From positions 480,001 to 544,000 of the forward strand of contig CAWDGJ010000002.1 of the NCBI GenBank assembly GCA_963801815.1: a DNA stretch of 64,000 bases. The letters are read 5' to 3'. The notes beneath the pieces were generated by a model that saw nothing but the letters and a program-made list of their open reading frames with translations, searched no databases and was not told the origin of the DNA. Both the position numbers and the translations under genes were made by a program. Each line of letters opens with the position of its first letter. Positions within the stretch are counted from its first letter, which is position 1. Positions 17,889-28,129 of this stretch are shown in pieces. Source of the DNA: an uncultured Verrucomicrobiae bacterium (GTDB lineage: Bacteria; Verrucomicrobiota; Verrucomicrobiia; Chthoniobacterales; UBA10450).

Positions 17889-18764
17889 TCACAAAAAACG
17901 GCTCAAAATCGGTCCTAACTTCTGGATTGTTGCCTTTGGCCAAAGCCCCCGTTCCGTCGTCATGGCAGCGTCCAATCCAAAGTGCTCCGGCCAGGTGGCT
18001 TCGGTCGGAATTCGAGGGATCACCTCGACCAGGACCTTCTTCGCCGTCTCCGCATTGGCGGTTAAATGGCTAAACACGGTCTGTGCCGAAACCGGCTCTT
18101 CCTCCGTCTTCCAGCAATCGTAATCCGTGATCATTGCCATCGTCGCAAGGGCGATCTCGCCTTCCCGCGCCAACTTTGCCTCCGGCAAATTCGTCATCCC
18201 GATCACATCAAAACCGTGGCGCCGGTTCAACTCCGACTCCGCTCGCGTGGAAAACGCCGGGCCATCCATGTTCACGTAAGTACCGCCATTGTGAGCCCTG
18301 ACGCCAACTTTCTTCGCCGATTCGTTGAGCAAATTCCGCAGGCGTCCGCTGATCGGCTCCGCAAACGAAATGTGCGCCGCGATCCCTTCGCCAAAAAACG
18401 TGTGGACCGCCCGCGAGCTCGAGCGGTCGTAAAACTGTGACGGTAACAGGATGTCACGCGGTTTGTATTTCTCCTGCAAACTGCCGACCGCCGTCACAGC
18501 GATGATCCAGCGGACGTTGAGCGACCGCATCGCGAAAATGTTCGCGCGATGATTCAACTCGTGCGGCAGAATTCTGTGACCGCGTCCATGCCGCGGTAAA
18601 AAGTAAACCTGCCGGCCGCTGATCGTGCCTCCAATTAAAACATCGGACGGCGAACCAAACGGCGTTTCGATTTTTTGCTCGGAGGCATCCCGCATTTGCT
18701 CCATTCGATACAAACCGCTTCCGCCGATGATACCGATTGCCGGACTCTTCTCCTTCATTCGCAT
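17889..18764 (-). CDS. mtnP: S-methyl-5'-thioadenosine phosphorylase
   Basis: Motifs GIIGGSG, PRHG, AVGSL, GPAFSTRAE, GMT..PEAKLARE and TDYDCW. Confidence 0.93.
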   Translation of the reverse strand: MRMKEKSPAIGIIGGSGLYRMEQMRDASEQKIETPFGSPSDVLIGGTISGRQVYFLPRHGRGHRILPHELNHRANIFAMRSLNVRWIIAVTAVGSLQEKYKPRDILLPSQFYDRSSSRAVHTFFGEGIAAHISFAEPISGRLRNLLNESAKKVGVRAHNGGTYVNMDGPAFSTRAESELNRRHGFDVIGMTNLPEAKLAREGEIALATMAMITDYDCWKTEEEPVSAQTVFSHLTANAETAKKVLVEVIPRIPTEATWPEHFGLDAAMTTERGLWPKATIQKLGPILSRFL

Positions 18765-18853
18765 ACCGATTTAATCGAAAAGATCGCCAACTTGGAAAGT
18801 GGATAATCTGGCGATGGCGCTGGCGAAACGACGGTGTATTATTTCGCCCGCCG

Positions 18854-20239
18854 ATGCCCAAGTTTTTCATCAAAACCTACGGCTGCCAGATGAATGAGCG
18901 TGACTCAGAACAGGTCGCGCATTCGCTTATCGAACGCGGCTACCAACGCGCCGATTCTGAATCGGACGCCGACGTCGTGTTACTGAACACTTGCAGCGTC
19001 CGGGATATGGCCGACCAAAAGGCGCTCGGCAAAATGAGAATGCTCGGGCGGATCGCCAAAGAGCGCCCCCAAGTTGTTTTTGGTTTCCTTGGCTGCATGG
19101 CGCAAGCCCGCGGGGCTTCGCTCCTCAAGAACCTGCCGCACGTCGATCTCGTTGTTGGCACGCAGAAGTTTCATCGGGTTGCAGATTCCGTAGACAAAGC
19201 CCTGGGAAGAAAACGTTCTCGCGCGATGGACGATCCGCGATTTTCCATCGTCGACGTCGAAGAGGAAACAGGGTCCCAATCGACAATCCACAGCCAAGAA
19301 ATCGCACCGAAACAGGCAAGGGCGTTCGTGTCGATCATGCAGGGATGCAACATGCACTGCACATTTTGCATCGTGCCGCAGACACGGGGCGCAGAACGCA
19401 GCCGTTCGATCCAAGAAATTGTCGCCGAGGTTCGCGAGCTTGTTTCACGCGGCGTAAGAGAAGTGACGTTGCTCGGACAGATCGTCAATCTCTACGGCAG
19501 GCATGAGCTTCCAAACGTCGACAACAAGAGTCCGTTCGTGCAATTACTCGAAGCAGTGCATGAAGTCGCCGGCCTGGCGCGGCTCCGCTTCACTTCACCG
19601 CATCCGATCGGCTTTCGTGCAGATTTGATCGATGCCTACCGGCGGTTGCCGAAGTTGGTCGATCACCTCCACCTGCCGTTACAATCAGGTTCAAATAAAA
19701 TCCTGAAGGCAATGCATCGTACCTACACCGCCGAGAAATACATCGATCTTATACATCGTGTTCGTGCGGCCAGGCCCGGAATCGCTGTAACAACCGACAT
19801 CATCGTCGGATTTCCGGGCGAAACGGACGGCGATTACGAACAAACGAAAAGACTCGTCGAGCAAGTCCAGTTCGACAATGCGTTCGTATTTCGCTATTCG
19901 CCGCGCCGCGACACGCCCGCTGCGGAAATGCCCGGCCAGATTGAGGAACGTGTCAAAGAAGCCCGCAACCATGATTTGCTCGAGGTCGTCAACGAGTGCG
20001 CGCGACGAATTAACACACGTTTAATCGGCCACACTCTTGAAATTCTTTGCGAGGGTCCGAGCAGAACCAATCCGGCGCGCTTGATGGGACGCACCCGCAC
20101 GAACAAGATCGTTTTGTTTGAGAACGTCGAAGATCTCGCGGGGACATTTGTCGATGTTCAGATCGAGCGCGCGACCGGATTCAGCCTTTATGGAACGCCG
20201 ATGACTGACGACCTCCGAACGACCAGCGCCGCAGCATGA
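18854..20239 (+). CDS. miaB: tRNA methylthiotransferase
   Basis: TYGCQMN, NTCSVR, CxxxCxxC (GCNMHCTFC), TTDIIVGFPGET and a C-terminal TRAM domain. Confidence 0.96.
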   Translation: MPKFFIKTYGCQMNERDSEQVAHSLIERGYQRADSESDADVVLLNTCSVRDMADQKALGKMRMLGRIAKERPQVVFGFLGCMAQARGASLLKNLPHVDLVVGTQKFHRVADSVDKALGRKRSRAMDDPRFSIVDVEEETGSQSTIHSQEIAPKQARAFVSIMQGCNMHCTFCIVPQTRGAERSRSIQEIVAEVRELVSRGVREVTLLGQIVNLYGRHELPNVDNKSPFVQLLEAVHEVAGLARLRFTSPHPIGFRADLIDAYRRLPKLVDHLHLPLQSGSNKILKAMHRTYTAEKYIDLIHRVRAARPGIAVTTDIIVGFPGETDGDYEQTKRLVEQVQFDNAFVFRYSPRRDTPAAEMPGQIEERVKEARNHDLLEVVNECARRINTRLIGHTLEILCEGPSRTNPARLMGRTRTNKIVLFENVEDLAGTFVDVQIERATGFSLYGTPMTDDLRTTSAAA

Positions 20240-20787
20240 TTTACGATCTCAATCTAAAAACCGCTGGATTGATAATGGGCGTGCTGCTCGTCCTCATAAG
20301 TTTGCCGGGATTCGTAAAACCCGCGCTCATCCAGGACTGGCTAAGGCGTCTGCCCCGCTCCCGAGTCGCCGGTGTTTTCCTTCTCACAGTCGTCCTGGTT
20401 TGGTCGTTCTGGTTGCTTGCTACCATGGAAATGGGCGAATTCTCCAGCTTTCGGCGGCCACTCCTGCTGGCACTGCCAATTGGCTATCTGCTCGTGATTC
20501 GATTCGTCGACGAATTCCTGGCTGTCCGCGCGCTCGGAATTCTCTGCCTGCTCGCCGCGGAACCGCTGCTGGAGGCCGCTTTTTTCCGTTACGAGACAAG
20601 TCGACTGCTCGTAACAGTGCTGGCGTATTTGCTCATCATTGCCGGATTGTTCTGGGTCACGATGCCATATCTGTTGCGCGATCAAATCAGTTGGAGCGCG
20701 CGAAGTGGCATTCGCTGGCACAGCCTTCATGTGTGCACCGTAGCCTATGGCATCGCGCTGTTGGCCTGCGCTTTCACGCAATACTGA
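20236..20787 (+). CDS. Multi-pass membrane protein of unknown function
   Basis: 183 aa with about 5-6 hydrophobic segments. ATGA overlap with miaB. Confidence 0.8.
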   Translation: MIYDLNLKTAGLIMGVLLVLISLPGFVKPALIQDWLRRLPRSRVAGVFLLTVVLVWSFWLLATMEMGEFSSFRRPLLLALPIGYLLVIRFVDEFLAVRALGILCLLAAEPLLEAAFFRYETSRLLVTVLAYLLIIAGLFWVTMPYLLRDQISWSARSGIRWHSLHVCTVAYGIALLACAFTQY

Positions 20788-20794
20788 TCCCGGA

Positions 20795-21739
20795 TTGAAC
20801 CGTATCCTGGTGATTCGCGGCGGCGCGATTGGTGATTTTATCCTGACCCTGCCGGCGATCAAAGTGTTGCGAGACTCACATCCCGCGGCACACATTGAAG
20901 TTCTTGGTTACAAGCACATTGCGCTGCTGGCAAAAAACCGATTCTATGCCGACCAAATCCTCTCGATCGAATCGGCAGCACTCTCCGGATTCTTTGCCAA
21001 AGATGCTGACCTGCCGCACGAGCTGGCAAGCTACTTCGCCAGTTTCGATCTCATCATCAGCTATCTTCACGACCCCGACCTGATTTTCGAAACGAATCTG
21101 CAACGGAGCGGCTCAAAGAAAGTTATCCGTGGACCGGCAAAGATCGAAAACTCCAATCACGCGACTAGGCAACTCGCGCGCCCGATCGAAGAGCTTGGCT
21201 TATCGGTCTCAGATTTCGCGCCAAGAGTTTTTCCTTCGAAGGCAGATCGACATCGCGCAGTGGAATTTCTCCTTGGATTGACCACGCCGATCGTTGCGCT
21301 TCATCCCGGAAGTGGGAGCGAGAAGAAGAATTGGCGGCTACAAAACTGGATCAAACTCGGAAACTACATCCACGAGAATTTCGCAGGGTCGCTTGTGATC
21401 GTTTCCGGAGAAGCCGAGCAATCGCAAATCAAAAAGCTTCAGACAATCTTTGATAATTCGCGGACCCGGTTCGCGAACTCATTGCCGTTGCCGCATCTGG
21501 CTGCTGTTCTGGAAAAGACGATCTTTGTTGGGCACGATAGCGGCATTTCGCACCTGGCCTCGGCGACCGGTGCTGAATCGATTCTACTCTTCGGCCCGAC
21601 CGATCCGGCTGTTTGGGCGCCATTAAATAAAAACGTCCGCGTGATTCGCGCTCCAAGCGGAGACCTGTCGCGCCTCGACGTTGAGCCCGTGCGGCAGAGA
21701 CTCGATCAGGAACTGATGCGCATCGGCATCAGCACGTAA
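20795..21739 (+). CDS. Glycosyltransferase family 9 (LPS heptosyltransferase-like)
   Basis: Motifs RILVIRGGAIGD, LHPGSG..KNW, GHDSGISHLA and LFGPT. TTG start inferred. Confidence 0.9.
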   Translation: MNRILVIRGGAIGDFILTLPAIKVLRDSHPAAHIEVLGYKHIALLAKNRFYADQILSIESAALSGFFAKDADLPHELASYFASFDLIISYLHDPDLIFETNLQRSGSKKVIRGPAKIENSNHATRQLARPIEELGLSVSDFAPRVFPSKADRHRAVEFLLGLTTPIVALHPGSGSEKKNWRLQNWIKLGNYIHENFAGSLVIVSGEAEQSQIKKLQTIFDNSRTRFANSLPLPHLAAVLEKTIFVGHDSGISHLASATGAESILLFGPTDPAVWAPLNKNVRVIRAPSGDLSRLDVEPVRQRLDQELMRIGIST

Positions 21740-22803
21740 AGAAACGGCGTCTGGATTTTCAACACGCCAGGGCTCATTTCGTCGATCAGATCGAGAAAGA
21801 CTTCGTCTTCGGTCAGATTGCGCAGCGGGGCCATCAGAAACTCCGGATTGAAGGCGATCGAGAAATCGCGGCCTTTGTATTGCACCGCGAGCGATTCCTT
21901 GGCTTCGCCGACTTCCGGAGTGTTGGCCGTGATGTCGATGTTGTTCTTGCTGAAATTAAGCTTGATGGAGTTCGACTTTTCACTCGCCAGCAGCGACACG
22001 CGCCGCAGTGAATTAAGCAAGGTCTCACGCTCGAGGGTTACGCGCTCCTTCGCTTCCGCAGGAATGACCTGCTTGTAATTGGGATAATTTCCCTCGATCA
22101 ACTTGGAGACGAGAAGCGTCTTGTTTAGATCGAACGCGATCTGGCCGCTGGCCACGCTCACCTTTACATCACCCTCATCGGTCAGAAGCCGCTGCAGTTC
22201 AGTAACGGCTTTGGTCGGAACAATGATATCGGTTTCGTGGCTGCGCGGAATTTCCAATTCAATATCGACCATCGCCAGGCGTCGGCCGTCCGTTGCTACA
22301 AGCGTGAGCTTGTTGTCCTTAAAACTGAACAGTAGCCCGTTGAGAACGTAGCGCGTTTCGTCGGTTGAAATGGCGTAAGACGTCTTCCGCAAACCGTCGC
22401 GCAAATCCTTCTGACGAATCGTGACCACCTTGGCGTCCTCGAACTTCGGCAGTGGCGGAAATTCCTCTTCGGGCAACCCGAGGATCTTGAAAAAGCTTTG
22501 ACCGCTGCGAATCGAGGCCGCGTTTTTTCCATCGACGTCGATCTGTATTTCGCTCGCAGGCAATTCGCGAACGATGTTAAACAAACGCCGCGCCGGAAGC
22601 GTGGTGGCACCTTCTTTTTCCACTTCAGCTTCAAAGCTTCCCCGAACGCCAACGTCCAGATCGGTGGTCGTGAGATGCACGGTACCGTCGCTTGCCTGGA
22701 GCAACACGTTCGAAAGGATCGGCAATGTGGTGCGAGTGCTGACGACGTTTTGGACCTGTTGCAAACCTTCGAGCAGTTTTTCTTTCGTGACGCTAAACTT
22801 CAT
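21706..22803 (-). CDS. dnaN: DNA polymerase III beta clamp
   Basis: Motifs TTLPILSN, DETRYVLNG, VATDGRRL, LIEGNYP and YVLMPMR. Confidence 0.98.
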   Translation of the reverse strand: MKFSVTKEKLLEGLQQVQNVVSTRTTLPILSNVLLQASDGTVHLTTTDLDVGVRGSFEAEVEKEGATTLPARRLFNIVRELPASEIQIDVDGKNAASIRSGQSFFKILGLPEEEFPPLPKFEDAKVVTIRQKDLRDGLRKTSYAISTDETRYVLNGLLFSFKDNKLTLVATDGRRLAMVDIELEIPRSHETDIIVPTKAVTELQRLLTDEGDVKVSVASGQIAFDLNKTLLVSKLIEGNYPNYKQVIPAEAKERVTLERETLLNSLRRVSLLASEKSNSIKLNFSKNNIDITANTPEVGEAKESLAVQYKGRDFSIAFNPEFLMAPLRNLTEDEVFLDLIDEMSPGVLKIQTPFLYVLMPMRISS

Positions 22804-22888
22804 GAGAACGAAATCTGGCTAAGATGTTAGGCGGGCGATTTTATTCGGCAACCGCAAAGTCTTGTGCGTTAGGATCGACCAGGTACAC

Positions 22889-24246
22889 TCAGCGTTGCAG
22901 CGAACTGTCGATGAACGAAATCGTCTGCCGAATGTTGTCCTGCTCTTTCATCCGTCTCTTCACCAATTTGCACGCATGCAACACCGTGCCGTGGTCGCGT
23001 CCGCCAAACGCATCGCCGATTTCGTTGAGCGAGGATTTCGTCAGCTCGCGCGCCAGATACATCGCGACCTGTCTCGGAAACGCGATATTGGCCGGCCGGC
23101 GTTTGCTGGTCATGTCCGCCAGGCGCACGTCGAAGTGTTCGGCCACTTTTCGTTGAATTTGCTCGATCGTGATCGAGGTGCCGCGCTTCTTCCTGCAAAA
23201 TGTCCTTGAGCAAATGCTCGATCACTTCCTGGGTGAGTGCTTTACCGCTCAACGACGCGAACGACGCGACGCGCATGAGCGCGCCTTCAAGGCGACGGAC
23301 ATTGCTACGGATGCGGTTGGCGAGGAATTCGAAGATTTCGTCCGGCAACTTGATCTGCATCCCTCGCGCTTTCTTGCGCAGAATCGCCAGCCGCGTTTCG
23401 ATGGCCGGTGGTTGAAGCTCGGCGGTCAGTCCCCATTCGAACCGCGAGACCAGGCGGTGCTCGAGGTTCGCGATTTCCGACGCCGGGCGATCGCTCGACA
23501 GCACGATTTGTTTGTGCCCGTCAAAGAGAGTGTTGAAGGTGTGAAAAAACTCCTCCTGCGAGCGTTCTTTGCCGCCAAGGAATTGAATGTCGTCAATGCA
23601 AAGCAGATCGGCCTGACGATAGCGCTTGCGAAACTTGACCAGATTATTGTGCTGAATGGCGTCGATGAACTCGTTGATGAACAGTTCGCTCGAAAGATAG
23701 ATCACTTTGGTGTTTTTCTTTTTCGCGAGCACGTACTGACCGATCGCCTGCATCAAGTGCGTCTTGCCGAGGCCAACGCCGCCGTAAATAAAAAGCGGAT
23801 TGTAGGTGCGGGCTGGTGCTTGAGCGACGGCGAGACTGGCCGCGTGCGCAATTTCATTGTTCGGCCCGACTACGAAGGATTCGAAAGTGTTGCGCGGATT
23901 TAAGTCCAAACGAACTGTTGGTCAAAGGTTTGGCGTCGCGAACTGAGTCACTTTGCCTGGAACGCTGCAACTAATTCGGCATCTTCAACCGGCGCTTCAG
24001 AGGAAGATAAACTTGATCTCGCGCGGCTCACCCAGCGCAGAGAGCACGGCTGCTTCCAGCGCCGCCATGTGATTACTCTCGATCCAATATTGATAGATGT
24101 TGTTCGGGACGCGAAAGCTCAGCGTTTTCGAAGTAACGCCAGCCAGTTCCACTGCCGAAAACCAGCGTTTAAATGTGTCGGCGCTGACGCTGTGGTTTGA
24201 GCGCGGCCGAGAGTTTCTGCCAGAGCTGCGTACATTTCTCGTCCAT
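22889..24246 (-). CDS. dnaA: Chromosomal replication initiator DnaA (five apparent +1 frameshifts)
   Basis: Reconstructed [10 protein letters not shown]...[10 protein letters not shown]...VPNNIY...[36 protein letters not shown] and domain [10 protein letters not shown]...FGGRDHGTV. Extra bases near 24190, 24004, 23961, 23900 and 23177. Confidence 0.96.
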
Positions 24247-24785
24247 GGGAGTTGTTAACAGTGTTACACAATCGCCATAAAGGCGGTTATGAGAGGGAAT
24301 CGTTGGTCCTTGCCAAGGCATCTGAGTTGACAGCCGTGCCTCGGCGCGAAGCATCAAAAATCGGTTAAAAATGCCAAAATTGCCAAAATACGAGGGGAAA
24401 TGTCGCGTTTAGCTTACAGCCAGACAGTCGCTGTGCGGGAACATCGATCATATCCTTGGAACTTTCTGATCCGTGCGGTTAAGGCCTTTCTCATTCTAGG
24501 GATTCAATCTTTCTCAGAACATGTTCACATCTTATTCACACGCGCCTCTCTTTCGTCCCCTGCCGCGGGCTTGAGATTAGAAATCGCGCGCAACATCGAC
24601 AAGAAAAAATCTGAACTTTATTTTTATTTCTCGGTCAAAAAATTCTTGACTGAAAAAGCAAAACGAGCGTGTCCCCGAGCAGCAAAATTTTAGGTTTTCA
24701 TCCGCTGTCCCATCTCGATTCCCACGTCTGCGGCATTTCCTTTGCTGCTGCGAACTGCTAATGTCCCGTTGCCGTTTCCACTGAC
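24247..24785. promoter_or_regulatory. Probable replication origin (oriC) and dnaA promoter region
   Basis: Longest intergenic gap (~540 bp), directly upstream of dnaA. Consensus DnaA box TTATTCACA (24532-24540), degenerate boxes ATGTTCACA (24521) and TTGTTAACA (24252), and an AT-rich tract at ~24600-24665. Confidence 0.6.
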
Positions 24786-25304
24786 ATGTTGCGCGCGTTG
24801 ATTTCACTTCTTCTGCTGTCGCTCGCGCTCGAATCTGCTACTGCCACCGATGATTTGACCCCTCCGTTTGGGTTTCGCTGGAACGATCCGATGTCGCGTG
24901 TGGAAGCCGTGCTTAAGGGCGCCAAAGCGACGATCCTCTCGCGCGAGAAAAAGGAGAACCGCGAAGTCTGGACCGTGGAAGGCCTCGTTCATCCCGGTTT
25001 GAAACGGACGCTGTTTACTTTTAAAGGCGGCGCGTTGTTCGGCGTCGAATTGCAGTACGAATATCCCGATTGGTCAATCGAGCGTTACAATGAACGCATG
25101 GGCGAAATCCGCCGTTACTTCGACGCCAAATACGGGACCGGCAAACTGGTCTCGCGGACACGCGATACCGATTCCGACGTCATTCAGACTTTGGTCGGTT
25201 ACCAGTGGACGATCGGCGCGACGATGCTCGAGCTCTTCTATTTTTCCGCGCAACACGACCAGCTCGTTTTCCGCACGATCTCGGTCGATTACAAGGCGCT
25301 CTGA
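24786..25304 (+). CDS. Secreted hypothetical protein
   Basis: 172 aa; signal peptide followed by PPFGFRW and a globular domain. Confidence 0.8.
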   Translation: MLRALISLLLLSLALESATATDDLTPPFGFRWNDPMSRVEAVLKGAKATILSREKKENREVWTVEGLVHPGLKRTLFTFKGGALFGVELQYEYPDWSIERYNERMGEIRRYFDAKYGTGKLVSRTRDTDSDVIQTLVGYQWTIGATMLELFYFSAQHDQLVFRTISVDYKAL

Positions 25305-25316
25305 CGGCTACGCCGT

Positions 25317-25382
25317 AAATCCCAGCCTCCAATGTCCAAAAACCAAAGAACGTCTAAGTTCCAATTGTTCAAATTGGGATTT
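25317..25382. repeat. Degenerate heptamer-array element between convergent genes
   Basis: AAATCCCA...TGGGATTT ends with internal CCTCCAA TGTCCAA AAACCAA units. Confidence 0.5.
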
Positions 25383-25395
25383 CGATCTTCGCTCG

Positions 25396-25993
25396 TCAGA
25401 GCGTCGTCTCCGCAACCGCGCGTTGCCGATGTTTCGCGCCGCGTTGCGTTTCCTTTTGCAGCCGCTTGAGTTTGCTCGATAGACTCGATTTCAGCGGCCG
25501 AGCTCATTCGATCGATAAACAGGATTCCGTTGAGATGATCGACCTCGTGTTGGATCGCGCGCGCCAGAAAGCCGCTCGTCTCAATTTCGATCGCGTTCTC
25601 CTCCAAATCCTGTCCGCGCACCGTGATTGACGTCGCGCGCGCGATCTCGCCGGTGATTTCGGGAAAACTAAGACAGCCTTCGGTCCCCATTTCCGTTTCG
25701 CCGCCAGGCTCAACTTGTGGATTGATCAGCACCAAAGGCATCGCGCTTTTCGGGTCGATCGGGCTTCCGTTCAACTTCATCGACGTGGGTCGGTCTTCAA
25801 CCTGCGAGATATCGAGCACTGTTAGCTGAATCGGTTCCCCGATTTGCTGCGCCGCCAGGCCAACTCCATTCGCGGCGTGCATCGTTTCGATCATGTTCTG
25901 CGCCAGCTCGCGGAGGCGATCGTCGACCTTGTCGATTCGTTTTCCTTTCGCCCGCAACACCGGGTCCCCGTACTGCACGATCGGCAACTTCAT
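25396..25993 (-). CDS. def: Peptide deformylase (+1 frameshift near 25492 in the tail)
   Basis: Motifs GVGLAAQQ, EGCLS and QHEVDHLNG. The corrected tail SSKLKRLQKETQRG...TL* ends at 25396. Confidence 0.95.
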
Positions 25994-26397
25994 TGTTCGC
26001 CGCGGGTAAAGGCCGGAAGATTTTTTACGCCAGCCAGCTTCAGCGCATCCATGACTTTCACGATAATTCCGAAGGACGCCTTTTTGTCCGCTTGCAAGGC
26101 CAGCGAACCTCGTCGCGTCTCGGACAAATTACGGACGGCGTTTTCCAAGTCCTCCACCGCGATAGGCTTCCCATCGAGTTTGATCTCATCGTTCTCGCTC
26201 ACCGTCAGAATCGCATGCTCGAGCTCGGCAGGGGCGGTCGTGGCCGTTTTCGATTCGGGCAGATTAATCTTCACCTCCGGCTGATCTTTTTTGAAGGTGG
26301 TCGACACGACGAAGAAGATCAGAAGGATCGTCAGAATATCGACGAGCGAGACGATAATGATGGAAGGTGCGCGGCGTTTGCGGACTGCGAATTTCAT
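25990..26397 (-). CDS. ExbD/TolR family protein
   Basis: Motifs SLVDILTILLIFFVVS, INLP and LQADK...VMD. Confidence 0.92.
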   Translation of the reverse strand: MKFAVRKRRAPSIIIVSLVDILTILLIFFVVSTTFKKDQPEVKINLPESKTATTAPAELEHAILTVSENDEIKLDGKPIAVEDLENAVRNLSETRRGSLALQADKKASFGIIVKVMDALKLAGVKNLPAFTRGEQ

Positions 26398-26414
26398 CGG
26401 ATGTCGATCTGGCC

Positions 26415-27134
26415 TCACGCCATCGGCGCGATCTCTGGAGTCGCCGGTTGGGCCGGCGTCATTGGTTGCGCTGGTATTTGAGGCTGTGCCTTTCGCGCGC
26501 CGGCGAGACGGTTGTAATAACACTTTGAAAGCAAATCGGTCACCAGCGATTCCATCTCCACCGAGAGCACTTCCACTTTTTTCGAAAAATAAACGAACGC
26601 AATCAGGCTCGGTACCGCAATTCCCAATCCGAATACGGTGCAGTTCAACGCTTCGGAAATTCCTCGCGCGATCATTTTCGGATCGGCCGAACCGGCGCTG
26701 ACGCCAAGGCTCGCGAAAACGTGCACCAAACCGGAAACGGTCCCGATCAACCCAATCAATGGCGCGATACCGATGATCACTTCCAACACCACCAGCCCGC
26801 GCTCCAACCGCACCATTTCATAGCGCGCTCGAGTTTGGACTGCTTCGACATTCTCCGAGCGCGGCCAGCGCAAATGCGCCAGGGCCACGCGCACGATTCG
26901 CGCGAGCGAGGAGGGGTCATGTTGCACGATGCGAAAGAGGTGTTCCGGACTCGCGCCCGGCGCCAGCCGTTCCATCTCCCCCTCAATCGTGAGCGGCAGC
27001 ACATTTTTCTCCCGAAGCGCCAGCGTCCGCAAAATAATCACCGTGAGCGAGACGATCGAACAAACCAGCAGCGGCCACATGAAGATGCCACCCTTGGTGA
27101 AAAATCCGGCAACGGTTTCAAACACGTTCGACAT
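26415..27134 (-). CDS. ExbB/TolQ/MotA proton-channel family protein
   Basis: Motifs GGIFMWPL, APLIGLIGTVSG and GISEALNCTVFGL. Confidence 0.93.
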   Translation of the reverse strand: MSNVFETVAGFFTKGGIFMWPLLVCSIVSLTVIILRTLALREKNVLPLTIEGEMERLAPGASPEHLFRIVQHDPSSLARIVRVALAHLRWPRSENVEAVQTRARYEMVRLERGLVVLEVIIGIAPLIGLIGTVSGLVHVFASLGVSAGSADPKMIARGISEALNCTVFGLGIAVPSLIAFVYFSKKVEVLSVEMESLVTDLLSKCYYNRLAGARKAQPQIPAQPMTPAQPATPEIAPMA

Positions 27135-27142
27135 TTAAGAGA

Positions 27143-28111
27143 TCAGTTCGGAAACATGGTGAAAGTGATCTGCTCGTCCAAACCTTCCGGAGGCAGCGTG
27201 CTGGCTACATCTTCAGGTATCGGAGGCAATTGGATCTCCAAGATGGATTGGAGACACACGTTGGCAAACGATTCGTTCGAGGTGTTCTTTACGACCTTGA
27301 GATTCTTTACCCGGCCGCTCCGGTCGATTGAAAAGGCAACCTGCGCAGTGCCCAAGCTGATCAAATCCATCTTTTCGGGAACATACGCGTACCAGCGCGA
27401 GCCGATAGCGTCGAAAATCAGCTTTTCGTAACGGCCGAGCGGCGTTCCGACTGCATTCACCGATGAGATGCCACGATTCGAAATCGATCCCGCGGAGCGC
27501 GTGCGTTCCTTCATCGGCTGATAGATCGACTTCGGTTGCTGCGGTTTCGTCTGAACAGTGGGCTGCACCGTCGGGCGCGGCGTGGAGGTCAACATCGCTA
27601 ACTCGTCGTCCTTTGAAATTGGCGTCGGCTGCGGTGTGGACTGAGGAGTTGCGGAAGGTTGTGGTACGATACTCGGTTGGGGTTGTGCGCCTTCGTTCGG
27701 CAACGAATAAGGATGCGTGTCCAAATCAAAGTTCGGCCGGTCTTTCCCTTCCTGCGTAGGAACCGGCATATCTGCCGCCGCGGGAACCTGACTGGCCGCG
27801 ATCGAGTTCGCGTTCGATTCGAACGTCTTATCTTTGGGCGCCTCGGTTTGTTTTGATTCGTCGTTCGGCACGAACATCGCGCTCTTGGTGGGCGCCGGAG
27901 TCGAAAGATCGACAAACGAAAGCTCAACCGGTTTGTCCTCTACCGTCGAAAATGGCGAATAGAGCAGGCCGCCATAGACCGCCAGCGAATATCCGATCAC
28001 GAGATGGATCGCGAGCGCAACCAGGAGCGCCCAAAGAACCTTGCGCATCTCCTGTTTTCGTTCTCCCGCGTCGTCCGCCGAGTGGCCGATAATGAACTCC
28101 GCTGTAGTCAT
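27143..28111 (-). CDS. TonB/TolA-like energy transducer
   Basis: N-terminal TM with conserved His (ALAIHL), Pro/Gln-rich linker and a C-terminal TonB_C/TolA-like domain (FSIDRSGRV). Confidence 0.8.
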   Translation of the reverse strand: MTTAEFIIGHSADDAGERKQEMRKVLWALLVALAIHLVIGYSLAVYGGLLYSPFSTVEDKPVELSFVDLSTPAPTKSAMFVPNDESKQTEAPKDKTFESNANSIAASQVPAAADMPVPTQEGKDRPNFDLDTHPYSLPNEGAQPQPSIVPQPSATPQSTPQPTPISKDDELAMLTSTPRPTVQPTVQTKPQQPKSIYQPMKERTRSAGSISNRGISSVNAVGTPLGRYEKLIFDAIGSRWYAYVPEKMDLISLGTAQVAFSIDRSGRVKNLKVVKNTSNESFANVCLQSILEIQLPPIPEDVASTLPPEGLDEQITFTMFPN

Positions 28112-28129
28112 GAATTCAGAATCGAAACA

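Noticed and set aside
22889..24246. dnaA (and aspS, ahcY, rpoN) as pseudogenes or programmed-frameshift genes
   Set aside because: Motifs are intact, the shifts are uniformly single-base insertions, and I saw no slippery-site pattern. Sequencing error is more parsimonious.
25289..25395. Long C-terminal extension of peptide deformylase in the ORF track
   Set aside because: Artefact of a +1 frameshift reading through an intergenic repeat. The corrected stop is at 25396.
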